From Bdellovibrionales bacterium (lineage in GTDB: Bacteria; Bdellovibrionota; Bdellovibrionia; Bdellovibrionales; UBA1609): DNA of 64,000 nt. Position 1 is the stretch's first letter; every line of letters starts with the position of its first letter. This document shows positions 38,433-50,751 of this stretch, in pieces. The notes under the pieces were generated by a model. It searched no databases. It was not told the DNA's origin and saw only the letters and a program-made list of their open reading frames with translations. The position numbers were made by a program, and so were the translations under genes. The DNA is taken from positions 256,001 through 320,000 of the forward strand of contig CBDHDF010000010.1 in assembly GCA_965261545.1 (NCBI GenBank). The letters run 5' to 3'.

Positions 38433-39476
38433 CTATCGCCTATCGGGGTGAATTTCAGCAAAGCTTATGTGAGTTCCCAGGGGTGGGTTTAATGGATTTA
38501 AGCTTATGGGTGAATCATTAGGATTAAGATACCCTAGCCCCCTCCACCTTTGCATAAATCCGAATAAGACTCCCACGCCCCCTCCGGCCACTTGACCTCC
38601 TAAGTGAGCCACATAGGCCACCCTTCCAAACTCCTCCATGGATCCGAGAAAGCCCGCTAAATCAGAAGCCCCCCACATGAAAAGAAGCACCCAGCCAGGT
38701 AAATAAATATAACCTAGATATTCTATCTTGGGCACAAAGAGAAAGTAGAAAAATCGTACAGATTGCTTCCAGCACCTCACAGAGTACAGTGCCATCAATC
38801 CACTGACAGAACCACTCGCTCCCACCAGTGGAACCATGGATTCTCCCCCAGCACTCCACAAAAAAAACAAAGCTGCCAAAAAACCCGACAACAAATAGAC
38901 CACTAAAACCCATAATCCACCCACTGCCAACTCCAAAAGAGTTCCAAATAAAAGAAGAAAAGCCATATTTCCCAAAAAGTGGAGAAAGCCACTATGGCTA
39001 AATTGATAGGAGAGCCAGGGTACCCAACCATCATCTATAGAACTTAAACCCATCGTGGAGAAAGGGCCACCCTCCCTCAAGCTTAAGAATGTGGAAAATT
39101 GCTGCTTCCACTCAGAAATAGCCACTTGGTCGCCCTGATAATCGTAAGCCCTTCCTTCCCTCACAAAGTTTGGGTCATTGAGAGCAAACCTTGACATCAC
39201 CCTCGTTTTTCGACCTTGGGAAACAAGCACAGCTAATTTCTTTCTATCGTCTGAGTACTGATTCTTCTCCCCATGCATTTTAACATACTCAGCATAAACG
39301 TGACCTTGGGTCTGTACATATTGTTCACTCAAAAAAATAGCACGAATATCCTGTTTCGTTTGAGTTCCCACTGCATGAGTCAACAAAAAAACCATATAAT
39401 TAAGAGCCACCAAAGCCCATGTCACAGGGGCTGCAAATCTCTTAAAAATTTCATTAGGCCAAGGCACCAACATCAC
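38433..39476 (-). CDS. Rhomboid family intramembrane serine protease
   Basis: FSHSGFLHFLGNM, catalytic GASG, AHLGG. Confidence 0.9.
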   Translation of the reverse strand: MMLVPWPNEIFKRFAAPVTWALVALNYMVFLLTHAVGTQTKQDIRAIFLSEQYVQTQGHVYAEYVKMHGEKNQYSDDRKKLAVLVSQGRKTRVMSRFALNDPNFVREGRAYDYQGDQVAISEWKQQFSTFLSLREGGPFSTMGLSSIDDGWVPWLSYQFSHSGFLHFLGNMAFLLLFGTLLELAVGGLWVLVVYLLSGFLAALFFLWSAGGESMVPLVGASGSVSGLMALYSVRCWKQSVRFFYFLFVPKIEYLGYIYLPGWVLLFMWGASDLAGFLGSMEEFGRVAYVAHLGGQVAGGGVGVLFGFMQRWRGLGYLNPNDSPISLNPLNPPLGTHISFAEIHPDRR

Positions 39477-40816
39477 GGACTCTCTAATTTATTATTCTTA
39501 TTATCCTTGGTATGAGATTCATTCCCCCTTAAATTCATCCATTGAAGTCTTGCCATTTGCATACTTAAAAAATTATCCAAAGGAATCACATGAATGATAG
39601 ACTTAAATATTTTCATAGACTTTTCGTATTCACCATGACGATAAAAGTAACGTCCACCCCATATCTTGACATAAATTCTTGAAACCACTTGAAGATCTTT
39701 AAATAAAGAGTCCATATCGCCACTGACTCTCCTGTGGTGTTTATTTATATGGTGTCTATTTATACCATGGATGCCACTCCCCATGATACGGGTCATAAGG
39801 CAGCTTTCCGACTGAGGATCATCATGGCATACCATTCTGAAATACTTATCTGACAACCTCCTATCATCTGCATAAATAAAAGCACTCGCTAGATCCATCA
39901 TACCTCTGCCACTTCCTGGATGGCCTGACACCTTATAGACTTTATCCACCTCTTTCTTTAAACAAGATTCATCGACCTCTCCTGCGGCATAAAGAGCCAT
40001 AGCCAAACTTAAGCGAGAATGCTTTTCTTCGGGCCAGTGGGATATCTCTCTATTAACAGTTGCACAAAGCCTATCCTCTTCATCAAAGAAATAAGCCAAA
40101 CTATTTCCTTTATTGGGGCCAAAAGTAAATAAATAAAACTGCAATGAAGCAATAAAGACAAGCAAAATCAAAATAGCAGAAAAAGTTGAACGAATAAAAA
40201 TCTTTTCAATAACTGATGGTCTCGGACAGACCTTTCCATTAAGACTCAAAACCACTGTATCTGATACTCTATCATGAAAACATCGTCTTCTATCGTTACT
40301 CATCATTGATAGAAAAGGAATACCTAACAGAAAACAAGAGGCAATCCAGTATGTGGATCTAAGTGCACACTGGCCTAATTTCCTCTTTTGAGGCTCCCAA
40401 ATATCCACCACCCTGAGAGACATAAATAACTGCCCAAGAGTTCCCCCATAGTGCCAAGTCAAATAGGTCTTATACACAAAGCCAAGCAAAACTATAATGC
40501 CTACACAAAGAGTTGACGACCAAACCAAGTGGTAGGGGTTTTCAAATAAAATAGCCTTCTGAATGATCTTTTTAAAAGGGGCCACCAACACCATCAAAAA
40601 AGGTCCAAGAACCATCAAAACATCGATAATATTGGAGGCAAGGCGATCCAAGGGACTGGCAGCCACAAAATGAGAGTGAAGGGGAGTACTCCTACCAAAA
40701 GCATTATTGGAACCATCATGAGGACCATTATGAGTGAAATAATCATACTTAGAAGAAGCATTCTGGCAAGCATCAGAAGTGGAGCCAGACAAAGGGTTAT
40801 CATCGTGAGTGATCAT
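39473..40816 (-). CDS. RDD family membrane protein with a C-terminal Cys-containing, TPR-like domain
   Basis: RL.SNIID, GGTLGQ...LRVV, R..HD..SDTVV. Confidence 0.8.
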   Translation of the reverse strand: MITHDDNPLSGSTSDACQNASSKYDYFTHNGPHDGSNNAFGRSTPLHSHFVAASPLDRLASNIIDVLMVLGPFLMVLVAPFKKIIQKAILFENPYHLVWSSTLCVGIIVLLGFVYKTYLTWHYGGTLGQLFMSLRVVDIWEPQKRKLGQCALRSTYWIASCFLLGIPFLSMMSNDRRRCFHDRVSDTVVLSLNGKVCPRPSVIEKIFIRSTFSAILILLVFIASLQFYLFTFGPNKGNSLAYFFDEEDRLCATVNREISHWPEEKHSRLSLAMALYAAGEVDESCLKKEVDKVYKVSGHPGSGRGMMDLASAFIYADDRRLSDKYFRMVCHDDPQSESCLMTRIMGSGIHGINRHHINKHHRRVSGDMDSLFKDLQVVSRIYVKIWGGRYFYRHGEYEKSMKIFKSIIHVIPLDNFLSMQMARLQWMNLRGNESHTKDNKNNKLESP

Positions 40817-40983
40817 AACCTCTCATCGGTCAAATAAAGATTTAGTTTCAATCAGAGCACATGGCTAAATCAAAACTTATGGGAAGTGAAGACCCATAAA
40901 AGATGGAGATTTACAAAAAGAGGAAGTTCATAAAAAGGGAAGGTCCATTAGAAATGGCGACCTCATTCACTCACCTACACCTG

Positions 40984-42537
40984 TTATATCTGTCGAGCAC
41001 GCTTTTCCACGTTAAGAGCAGCCTCACGCATGACCTCGCTAAAGGTAGGGTGGGCATGAAAGCTTCGAGCTAAGTCCTCGGCACTTCCACCAAACTCCAT
41101 AACCACAACAGCCTCAGCAATCATGTCCGAAGCCCTTGGACCTACAATATGCACTCCTAAAACTTGATCCGTCTCTTTATGAGCGAGAACCTTGACCTGC
41201 CCCTCTTGAAAGCCCATGGCCTGAGCCCGACCATTGGCTAAGAAAGGAAAAGAACCTGATTTATAGGGAGTGTTAGCCTTCTCTAGTTCCTCTTCAGTCT
41301 GACCAACAGATGCAATTTCAGGCCATGTATAAATCACGCTGGGCACAGTTCTATAATTGACATGCCCCTTCTGGCCAGCAATAATTTCTGCCGCAGCCAC
41401 ACCTTCTTCTTCGGCTTTATGGGCCAACATGGGGCCAGGAATAAGATCACCAATGGCGTAGATACTAGGGTATTTTGTACGGTAATAGGCATCGACAACT
41501 ACAAAGCCTTGCTCATCTTTTTCAATGCCCATTTCCTCAAGGCCCAGCCCCTCTGAAAAAGGGCTCCTTCCTGCCGCCACAAGCACTTGGTCCACCCTGA
41601 GGCTTACCTTCTTGTCACTCTTGTCATTTTTTTCATGCTTGTCATCCATAGGACTTTCATAGAAAACATTGGCCCCTTTACCGCTGGTCTTCACCTCTGT
41701 GACCTGAGAAGAAAGAAGAAACTTCATCCCCTGCTTCTCCAAAATATGTTGGGCCATTCGGCTTATCTCCCTATCCATAGCTCCACAAATTTTGTCAGAG
41801 AACTCAATGACTGTCACCTGGCTCCCCAATCGTAGCCACACAGAGCCCATTTCAAGCCCAATAGCTCCAGCTCCCACCACCAAAAGGTGCCTTGGAATTT
41901 TAGAGAGTTCTAGGGCTTCCGTGGAAGATATAACTCTCACTCCATCATAGTCTATAGAAGGCAACGTACGAGGGACGCTCCCTGTAGCCAAAATAATATT
42001 TTTTGCCTTGAGAATTTTTCTCTTAAAACCTCCACTCCTCTTGGCGGATTCAGTAGAGCTAGAAGAACTAGCGGAACCACTACCATCTTGGGAAGAGCCT
42101 TGAGAAATAACTGTCACCTCATGCTCACCTGTGACCCGAGCTTGGCCATGAAAAACCTGAATCTTATTTTTCTTCATAAGAAAGGTCACGCCCGAAGTCA
42201 GATTATCCACCACTTTATTTTTTCTCTTCATCATATCAGCAAGATTGAGTTGCAAACCTTTTATGTTTATCCCATGATTCACCAACTCATGCTGAGCTAG
42301 AACAAAGTACTCGCTGGAGTCTAAAAGAGCCTTAGAGGGAATGCAACCAATATTGAGGCATGTCCCCCCCAAGGTCTTTCCCTTGTCAACAATGGCTGTT
42401 TTAAAGCCAAGTTGAGCCGCTCGAATGGCGCCGACATAACCTCCAGGCCCCGAACCAATGACAATGACATCAAATTCTGAACTGGGCTCTGATTTCAATT
42501 CTGAACCTGACTCTGATTTTGAACCTAACTCTGACAA
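40984..42537 (-). CDS. lpdA: Dihydrolipoamide dehydrogenase
   Basis: GSGPGGY, GGTCLNIGCIPSK, GAGAIGLE, HAHPT.SE. Confidence 0.97.
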   Translation of the reverse strand: MSELGSKSESGSELKSEPSSEFDVIVIGSGPGGYVGAIRAAQLGFKTAIVDKGKTLGGTCLNIGCIPSKALLDSSEYFVLAQHELVNHGINIKGLQLNLADMMKRKNKVVDNLTSGVTFLMKKNKIQVFHGQARVTGEHEVTVISQGSSQDGSGSASSSSSTESAKRSGGFKRKILKAKNIILATGSVPRTLPSIDYDGVRVISSTEALELSKIPRHLLVVGAGAIGLEMGSVWLRLGSQVTVIEFSDKICGAMDREISRMAQHILEKQGMKFLLSSQVTEVKTSGKGANVFYESPMDDKHEKNDKSDKKVSLRVDQVLVAAGRSPFSEGLGLEEMGIEKDEQGFVVVDAYYRTKYPSIYAIGDLIPGPMLAHKAEEEGVAAAEIIAGQKGHVNYRTVPSVIYTWPEIASVGQTEEELEKANTPYKSGSFPFLANGRAQAMGFQEGQVKVLAHKETDQVLGVHIVGPRASDMIAEAVVVMEFGGSAEDLARSFHAHPTFSEVMREAALNVEKRARQI

Positions 42538-42568
42538 TGAAGCTCTCCTCTCTTATACATCTAACAAC

Positions 42569-44005
<1,437 letters not shown>

Positions 44006-44116
44006 AAGCTTCTCCTCTCAAGCGCTTCTTTCTCCTCTAGGTCCTCTCGGGTGAATAGGGGCCTCTCAAGTGAAATAAGACTTCAATGAATCAAATTACA
44101 ATGAACAAAACTTTAA

Positions 44117-47038
44117 TTAAAGTTGAATACAAGCATCAATAATGTCTTGCTGCTCTGTTCTGTGAACTTTGGGTGAACCCGTAGCGGGACTCGCCCGCTC
44201 TGTTCGTCCCAAGTAACCAACTTCCACTTCATGAAACCCCACACTTCCCAATAAATCCCTAAGACGTGGTGCCATAAACATACTGGCTCCCATGTTCTGA
44301 GGTTCCTCTTGAACCCAGAGAACTTTCTTAAGGTTTGTAAACCTACTAATGATAGGAGCCAGTTGCACCTTCGGGAAGGGATAGAACTGCTCCACTCTTA
44401 CAACAGCCTTTCGAGCAAAGTCGGCCCCATGGGCTTCGCGAGCTTCCTGAATTTCATAATATATTTTGCCTGAACAAAAAAAGAGTGACTCCACATTACT
44501 GGGGTGAACCGTATTATCCTCAATCACCTCTTGGAAATGTCCTTCAGAAAATTCACTCAAAGGCGACACCACCTTGGGGTGCCGCAAAAGAGACTTAGGA
44601 GACATAATCACAAGAGGTTTTCTAATCTCCCGAATGGTTTGCCGGCGCAGAGCATGAAAGAGATTTGAAGGTGTTGTCAAATTGCAAACCTGCATATTAT
44701 CCTGACCGCAAAGTTGCAAGAACCTCTCAAGCTTTGCACTGGAATGCTCTGGCCCCTGCCCCTCATACCCATGTGGTAATAACAGAGTCAGCCCGTTGTA
44801 CCTAGTCCACTTTTGCTCTCCACTGGATATGAACTGGTCAATGATAATCTGAGCCCCATTGGCAAAATCGCCAAACTGAGCTTCCCAAATGGAAAGAAAC
44901 ATAGGGTCTACAACGGCATTCCCATATTCAAAACCTAATACCGCTATTTCTGAAAGAGAGCTATTATAAATGCAAAATTCCCCCTGATCGAGGTTCAAAG
45001 TGGACAAAGGGCAATACTCCTCACCTGTTTTTTGGTCAAAGTAAACCGCATGGCGATGAGAAAAAGTCCCTCTTTTACAATCTTGGCCCGAAATGCGAAT
45101 AGGAGTTCCCTCCTCCCGCAAACTTGCATAGGCCAAAAGCTCCCCCATTCCCCAGTCCACCACTCCTTGCTCCATCATCTTTTTGCGATTTTTAATCAAA
45201 CGCTTCAATTTTGAATTGATTGTAAAAGAGGAAGGAGGTTCCTGCGTTAACACTTCACTGACTTTGAGAAGTTTCTCCTTGGGGTATTTGGTATGGGCAA
45301 TGGTTTCAAAATCCTCGGGGCAACTCCTTCTCAATCCACTCCAAAGCTTTGCAAAAGCTAAGGGCTGTATTTCAGGAGGATTTTCTCGTGTATCATCTAA
45401 AATTTTTTGCAAACTATTGATTCTCTCTTTGTAGTAAAGCTTGGCCTCCTCCTCTGTAAGAATCGACTGGCGCACCAATTCACGGGTGTAAATGGTCTTT
45501 AGGGTGGGGTGTTTTTTAATTTTGGAATACATCTGGGGCTGAGTAAACATGGGCTCATCCCCCTCATTGTGACCAAATCGTCTATAACAAATCATATCAA
45601 TAACAACATCTTGACGAAATTTCTGCCGAAAGCGAATAGCCATATCCATAGCTCTCACACAAGCCAGCACATCGTCTCCGTTGACGAGAATGACAGGGGC
45701 ATTGATCGACTTAGCCACATCCGAACTGTATCGAGTCGACCTTCCATCTTTGGAATCGGTGGTAAAACCCACCTGATTATTAACAATCACATGAACACTT
45801 CCCCCCACCCTGTAGCCATCTAGTTGAGATATCTGCAAAGTTTCACTGATGACACCCTGACCACTAAAAGCGGCATCTCCATGAATGAGAATGGGAACAA
45901 CTTTTTTGCGCTCCTGGGTATCCTGCCGCCTTCTTTGCTTCGCTCGTACCATGCCACAAACAACGGGAGTGACGCACTCTAAATGGCTGGGGTTAAAGGC
46001 CAATGAAATATGGCAGTCTCCATGGGGAGTTTTTTTGTCAGAAGAGTAACCCATATGATACTTAACATCCCCATCATAACCCGTATCGTCGATGACAATT
46101 CCATCAAAATCGGCAAAGATCATATTGAGCGCCTTGTCCATAAAGTTTGCCAAGACATTGATCCTTCCCCTATGAGCCATTCCCAGAACCAGTTCTTCAA
46201 CGCCCAAACAGGTCCCTATGGTTACAGAGTGCTCCAACATGGGCAAAAGAGCGTCTCCCCCTTCGATGGAAAAACGCTTGGTTCCCACATAGCGAGCATG
46301 AATGAACTGTTCTAGAGCCTCTGTTTTTGCAAGAGAATGAAAAATGAAAAGTTTCTCTTCTGCACTTAGCTGAAAACTTGAGGAATCCATTTCCATTTCA
46401 TTGAGAAACCAAGACCTCACCAATGGCTCACAGCCCGCCACATGAATGGCTAAGGTGCCAGAGTACTTCTCCCTCAAACTGCGAGCCACGTCCTCAAGGG
46501 ACCCCCCTTGAGTCTGCATAAGATGGTCCACACTCAAAACCCCTAAATTACTACTATTATCTGAATGCTGTTCTAAGTGCTGTATATTAATTTCACTGAA
46601 GTTAAAACTTTCTTCTTCAAGTGGAGTTGGTGCCAGTGGATTTAAGTGAGCTTTAAGATGTCCATAGTCTCGGTAATGCTCCACAAGCCGAAACATCATG
46701 TACTTTTCATGTTCATCCAAAACAGATGCCGAAGGTGCTGAAGAGGCTGGCGATGCTGGCATCGAGCCTAAGCTTGTTGAGGTTGAATCTAAAACCAAAG
46801 CTGATGAGGCTGACGCCGCTGAAGCCAATGAAGTTGAATGTGGAGTGAGTTGGAGTGAGCCGTTGGCCGCTTCCTCCCCCACACCCCGGCCTATATTAGG
46901 CAGCACCTCACCCAAGGAGGCTATTTCAAAAAAATGACGCCATTGAGCATCAACGCTCTGAGGATTTAACTTAAATTTGTGATACTGATCCTCCAAGTAC
47001 TCAAGATTGGCAGGACTCAGGTGACTTAAATCTTCCAA
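44117..47038 (-). CDS. sucA: 2-oxoglutarate dehydrogenase E1
   Basis: KRFSIEG, GMAHRGR, NPSHLE, HGDAAFSGQG, WEAQFGDF, PHGYEGQGPEHSS. Confidence 0.97.
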   Translation of the reverse strand: MEDLSHLSPANLEYLEDQYHKFKLNPQSVDAQWRHFFEIASLGEVLPNIGRGVGEEAANGSLQLTPHSTSLASAASASSALVLDSTSTSLGSMPASPASSAPSASVLDEHEKYMMFRLVEHYRDYGHLKAHLNPLAPTPLEEESFNFSEINIQHLEQHSDNSSNLGVLSVDHLMQTQGGSLEDVARSLREKYSGTLAIHVAGCEPLVRSWFLNEMEMDSSSFQLSAEEKLFIFHSLAKTEALEQFIHARYVGTKRFSIEGGDALLPMLEHSVTIGTCLGVEELVLGMAHRGRINVLANFMDKALNMIFADFDGIVIDDTGYDGDVKYHMGYSSDKKTPHGDCHISLAFNPSHLECVTPVVCGMVRAKQRRRQDTQERKKVVPILIHGDAAFSGQGVISETLQISQLDGYRVGGSVHVIVNNQVGFTTDSKDGRSTRYSSDVAKSINAPVILVNGDDVLACVRAMDMAIRFRQKFRQDVVIDMICYRRFGHNEGDEPMFTQPQMYSKIKKHPTLKTIYTRELVRQSILTEEEAKLYYKERINSLQKILDDTRENPPEIQPLAFAKLWSGLRRSCPEDFETIAHTKYPKEKLLKVSEVLTQEPPSSFTINSKLKRLIKNRKKMMEQGVVDWGMGELLAYASLREEGTPIRISGQDCKRGTFSHRHAVYFDQKTGEEYCPLSTLNLDQGEFCIYNSSLSEIAVLGFEYGNAVVDPMFLSIWEAQFGDFANGAQIIIDQFISSGEQKWTRYNGLTLLLPHGYEGQGPEHSSAKLERFLQLCGQDNMQVCNLTTPSNLFHALRRQTIREIRKPLVIMSPKSLLRHPKVVSPLSEFSEGHFQEVIEDNTVHPSNVESLFFCSGKIYYEIQEAREAHGADFARKAVVRVEQFYPFPKVQLAPIISRFTNLKKVLWVQEEPQNMGASMFMAPRLRDLLGSVGFHEVEVGYLGRTERASPATGSPKVHRTEQQDIIDACIQL

Positions 47039-47089
47039 GGAAACCCCATTTACTACTTAAGATTAAAGCTAATGCAGCTAAGGCTACAG

Positions 47090-47119
47090 TTAATACTAAA
47101 ACTATTAATACTAAAACTA
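47090..47119. repeat. Exact 15-bp tandem repeat upstream of sucA
   Basis: ttaatactaaaacta x2. Confidence 0.85.
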
Positions 47120-47277
47120 TGGTTAGTACAGTAAGACTATAGTATTGCTATACTTTTTTCACTTCCTCTAGTATAGCAGGGACCACAAAGAACCCATAGA
47201 GAACAATAGATATGGCGCAAAGCTTCAAGACTCTCGGCAGGATACTCTAGAGCACAAGAAAATCAATGTTAGTTCCA

Positions 47278-50200
47278 TTAGCTCAAAATACAGGGAGGCT
47301 CAGGTACTTTCACAATGCGGGCTAGGGGGTAGATCACGGCCTGATGGATTTGGCCTTGAACACCGTAGGCTCTGAGGGCCTGTTCATAGAAGGCAAGCTG
47401 TTGAAAGGCTTGTTCTAAATATTTTTGAGACCCCGATTTATAGTCAATAATCCAGGTTTCTTTATATCCATGGGAATTTTCAATTTCTCCCCAAAGATCA
47501 ATGACTCCCTCGACAATCCCATGGGGCGCTTGTTCCATAACCCTATGGGATGACGGCCCATTCACTTTGTGGGCCGTTGTCTCCGTAACTTCATTGTTCC
47601 TTCTTTTCCTTCTTTCGGTCAAATCTTCTTTTTTTTGTAATGGCATTTTTTGCATTTGCATTTGAAAGCCCCATTCCACAAAACCTATCTTGAGCAGATG
47701 CTTCATGGGAGGTGTTTTTATGTTTTGTACAAAATCAATCGCAGCTAGAAATTCATGGGCACGCTCTCCAAACCATCGCTTTGCCCAAGGTGAGTCATCC
47801 TTATTTATACCATAGCGTAAAGATTCCATTGCTTTGTGAAGTAAAATGCCATCGTTTGAACTTTGTATCATTGAGGTAAATTGTTGATCGACTCCCTTCC
47901 ATTTTGGAGGCTGTTTTTCTTTCTGATCCCTTTGATTCTTTGAATCGGGTTGTTTTGTCAGAAGTTCCTTTTGAGGTGGGCACAAAAGATCACTGACAGA
48001 TATTTTAAGATTTGGTGATTTTTTTTTCAAAGGGTTTGTGTAGGGTTTTCTGATTTTGATTTCAGGTATTGGGTTATGCAGGGGTTCACGAGCCCTGCCA
48101 TGCGATCCTGGTTCTTTAGGCGATTTTGATTCTTTATGCAATTTTGGATTCTCATCTGGACTTCTTTTTATTTCCCAGGAATAATTTTGTTCAGTGATGA
48201 TTCCTTCTTGCCTTGTAATATATATTTTTTCAGCCCAAGATCCTTTGAGTTTTGTCTTTGAGTCTGTCCAAGATAAAAATACACTTTCCTCTGCGCGTGT
48301 GAGAGCCACATAGAGCAATCGATGGGTTTCTTGGGCTTCACGTTGGGAGAGCTTTTTGAAAAGATCGAGAGCGACTGGCGAGTGGCTCATTTTTTTTTCG
48401 TCACCGAGGGGAATAGATAAAGTCCATTTCTGTTTTTGTTCATCGACGTTGATAAGAGGTTTCTTGCTGGCATTTTCCGTAAGCTGGAGTTTACTATCCG
48501 TTCGAGGTAAAATGACATGCTTAAACTTAAGGCCCTTGGAGGCGTGAACAGTCATAAGATTAATGGATTGAGGTTCTAGGCAGGCCACAGCGTTACCATC
48601 CTCGACCCAATCTCCATTCCATATATGATTGACAAATTTTAAATAATGAAAGCCCGGGCGGCGCTCTTCGGCATCCAAGTGGGTGATGAGTTTCCACAGG
48701 TTGGATTCTCTTCTTCCACTGGGGTCATGGCACCTTGATAGATCAAAAAAACCTCTTTCCACAAGTGTTTTTTTAAAAGACACACTAATTCCCTCAACCG
48801 TCATTCTCTGTAAAAGTTGGTAGAGAGTTTGCACACTTTTGTGGTGTTTCAGGGTCGATGACTCCGGTGAGCTTGAGAAACTTGATGAATTCGAAGAAAA
48901 GATATTCCAATAGGATGATTTGGAATACTTATGACGTGCAATCTCATTGATTATGGTGGAGTCATCGACATAAAACCAAGGGGATCTCAACAAGTGGATG
49001 AGGTTAAAGTTGTCGTGGGGATTGAGCATAAACTTTAACAATGACAGAGCATCGACAATCTCTCTCCTTTCATGAAAGCCACTGGAGGTATGAATATGAG
49101 TGGGCAACCCCTTGGAGTCTAGAAATGAAGCTAATTCTTTGAGGTGATTGTGGGTTCTTGCAAGGAGGCAAATTCCATCATAGCTTTCTCCTTGATCTAA
49201 AAGATTATAAATATGATTAAGAATCATTTTGTTTTCATTTTCTTTGGGAGAATTTTCTTGGTTTTTGTTTGGAGGAGTTGCAATGGCAAAGGTGGCGACC
49301 ACTTTTTGAGGGCAAATTTTCTGTCCTTTTTTCGATTTCATGGGGTTAAAATTTGAGGAAATTTTAGGGAAAAAATCATTGAAAAAATAGACAAGTTCAG
49401 GTCGAGAGCGATAGTTTGTGTCCAGAAAATTGAGTTGACCTCCTGTTTCAAGGGTACTTTTTTCTTTAAGATCAAAGACTTCACTGCGAGCACCTCGAAA
49501 TAAATAAATACTTTGCTGTGGGTCGCCGACAATGAAATAAGGTCTATCTCCCATAAGTCGACTTAAAATTTCTACCTGAAGGGGACTTGTGTCTTGGTAC
49601 TCATCCACAAACCAGTAGTCCCATTCTTTAGAGAATATTTCGGCAATTTGAGGTTCTTGTTTTGAAATTTGATGGGTTAGAAGCCCTAGGTCGGAGATAT
49701 CAAATTGTCCAGTTTGTTTCTTTAATAATTGAAATTCTTTTGTAAAAATCTGAGAGAGTTGATTAAGGTTGCATGAGAATTGGTCAAATATTTTCCAATG
49801 AAAGGGGTCATAGGAGGGTTCTTTTATATCTTTTTTAAGTTTCTCCAAAATTTTTTTGAGTTGACTGTCTGTACGTGTGTTAGCGATTTGGTTGTTTCCC
49901 TGTTTGGGACAGAAGGGTTTTCGAGGCAATGCGTCCACACACTCAGCAATGTGATTCCAACTTCCAATCTCCCTTTCTTGCTCAATCCAATCCTTTTGTT
50001 CAACTCCGTCCTTTTTCTCAATACCTTTTTTTAGGGATTGCAAAATTCCATTTAAATAAGCTTTGTACTCCATCCATTTTAAAGAATTAAATTCAGTCAT
50101 TTTGGAGAGCAACTGCTGAATATCTTGGGCGTATGCCCTGAGGGACTCTTCAACAATTATTCTAAAATCAGAGGAATGAAACATTTTTAAGTCTGAAAAC

Positions 50201-50751
50201 TCCAAACGAAATCTGAAAAGTTCTATGAGAAGGTTGGTTAGTTTTTGAAAGCCATAGGCTTCCACCAGAGGGTAAAATGGTTTGGATTCTTCTCGAAATA
50301 AGATTTGGCGCAGGGTTTTTTTGGCCAAACTATGGGACTCATAGGTGGAGACTGTGGTGAATTGACTGTCCCAACCTAGCAAGTGACCATAGCTTCGTAG
50401 AAAGTGACTAAAAACTCCATCGAGAGTAGAGATGCGAAGTTGGGAGGGTGACGAAACATATTCCAGGAGCTCTAAAGCTTCTTTTGATTCTGCCAATGTA
50501 CAATTTTGGCTTGTTTTCATGGTGCAGGCCTTGGTGATAAGTCTTTCACGCAACTCTTGGGTGGCTTTTTTGGTGAATGTGGTGACAATGATTCGAGGCC
50601 AAGAGCCATGGTGATTGTGGTAATCTTTGGCCACCTTGAGGACTCGCTCTGTGAGCTTTGTCGTTTTGCCTGCGCCCGCACCTGCGCGAACCATTTCTTT
50701 TAATTCAAATGAGGAGCTCGACACATTTTTCTCCAATGACATTCTCGACAA
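47278..50751 (-). CDS. addA: AddA-like UvrD helicase / RecB-family nuclease (start may be 50742 or 50724)
   Basis: AGAGAGKT, TFT.KA..EL, VDEYQDT, VGDPQQSIY.FRGA, NYRS, TVHASKGL, LYVALTRA, IDYKSG. Confidence 0.88.
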   Translation of the reverse strand: MSRMSLEKNVSSSSFELKEMVRAGAGAGKTTKLTERVLKVAKDYHNHHGSWPRIIVTTFTKKATQELRERLITKACTMKTSQNCTLAESKEALELLEYVSSPSQLRISTLDGVFSHFLRSYGHLLGWDSQFTTVSTYESHSLAKKTLRQILFREESKPFYPLVEAYGFQKLTNLLIELFRFRLEFSDLKMFHSSDFRIIVEESLRAYAQDIQQLLSKMTEFNSLKWMEYKAYLNGILQSLKKGIEKKDGVEQKDWIEQEREIGSWNHIAECVDALPRKPFCPKQGNNQIANTRTDSQLKKILEKLKKDIKEPSYDPFHWKIFDQFSCNLNQLSQIFTKEFQLLKKQTGQFDISDLGLLTHQISKQEPQIAEIFSKEWDYWFVDEYQDTSPLQVEILSRLMGDRPYFIVGDPQQSIYLFRGARSEVFDLKEKSTLETGGQLNFLDTNYRSRPELVYFFNDFFPKISSNFNPMKSKKGQKICPQKVVATFAIATPPNKNQENSPKENENKMILNHIYNLLDQGESYDGICLLARTHNHLKELASFLDSKGLPTHIHTSSGFHERREIVDALSLLKFMLNPHDNFNLIHLLRSPWFYVDDSTIINEIARHKYSKSSYWNIFSSNSSSFSSSPESSTLKHHKSVQTLYQLLQRMTVEGISVSFKKTLVERGFFDLSRCHDPSGRRESNLWKLITHLDAEERRPGFHYLKFVNHIWNGDWVEDGNAVACLEPQSINLMTVHASKGLKFKHVILPRTDSKLQLTENASKKPLINVDEQKQKWTLSIPLGDEKKMSHSPVALDLFKKLSQREAQETHRLLYVALTRAEESVFLSWTDSKTKLKGSWAEKIYITRQEGIITEQNYSWEIKRSPDENPKLHKESKSPKEPGSHGRAREPLHNPIPEIKIRKPYTNPLKKKSPNLKISVSDLLCPPQKELLTKQPDSKNQRDQKEKQPPKWKGVDQQFTSMIQSSNDGILLHKAMESLRYGINKDDSPWAKRWFGERAHEFLAAIDFVQNIKTPPMKHLLKIGFVEWGFQMQMQKMPLQKKEDLTERRKRRNNEVTETTAHKVNGPSSHRVMEQAPHGIVEGVIDLWGEIENSHGYKETWIIDYKSGSQKYLEQAFQQLAFYEQALRAYGVQGQIHQAVIYPLARIVKVPEPPCILS

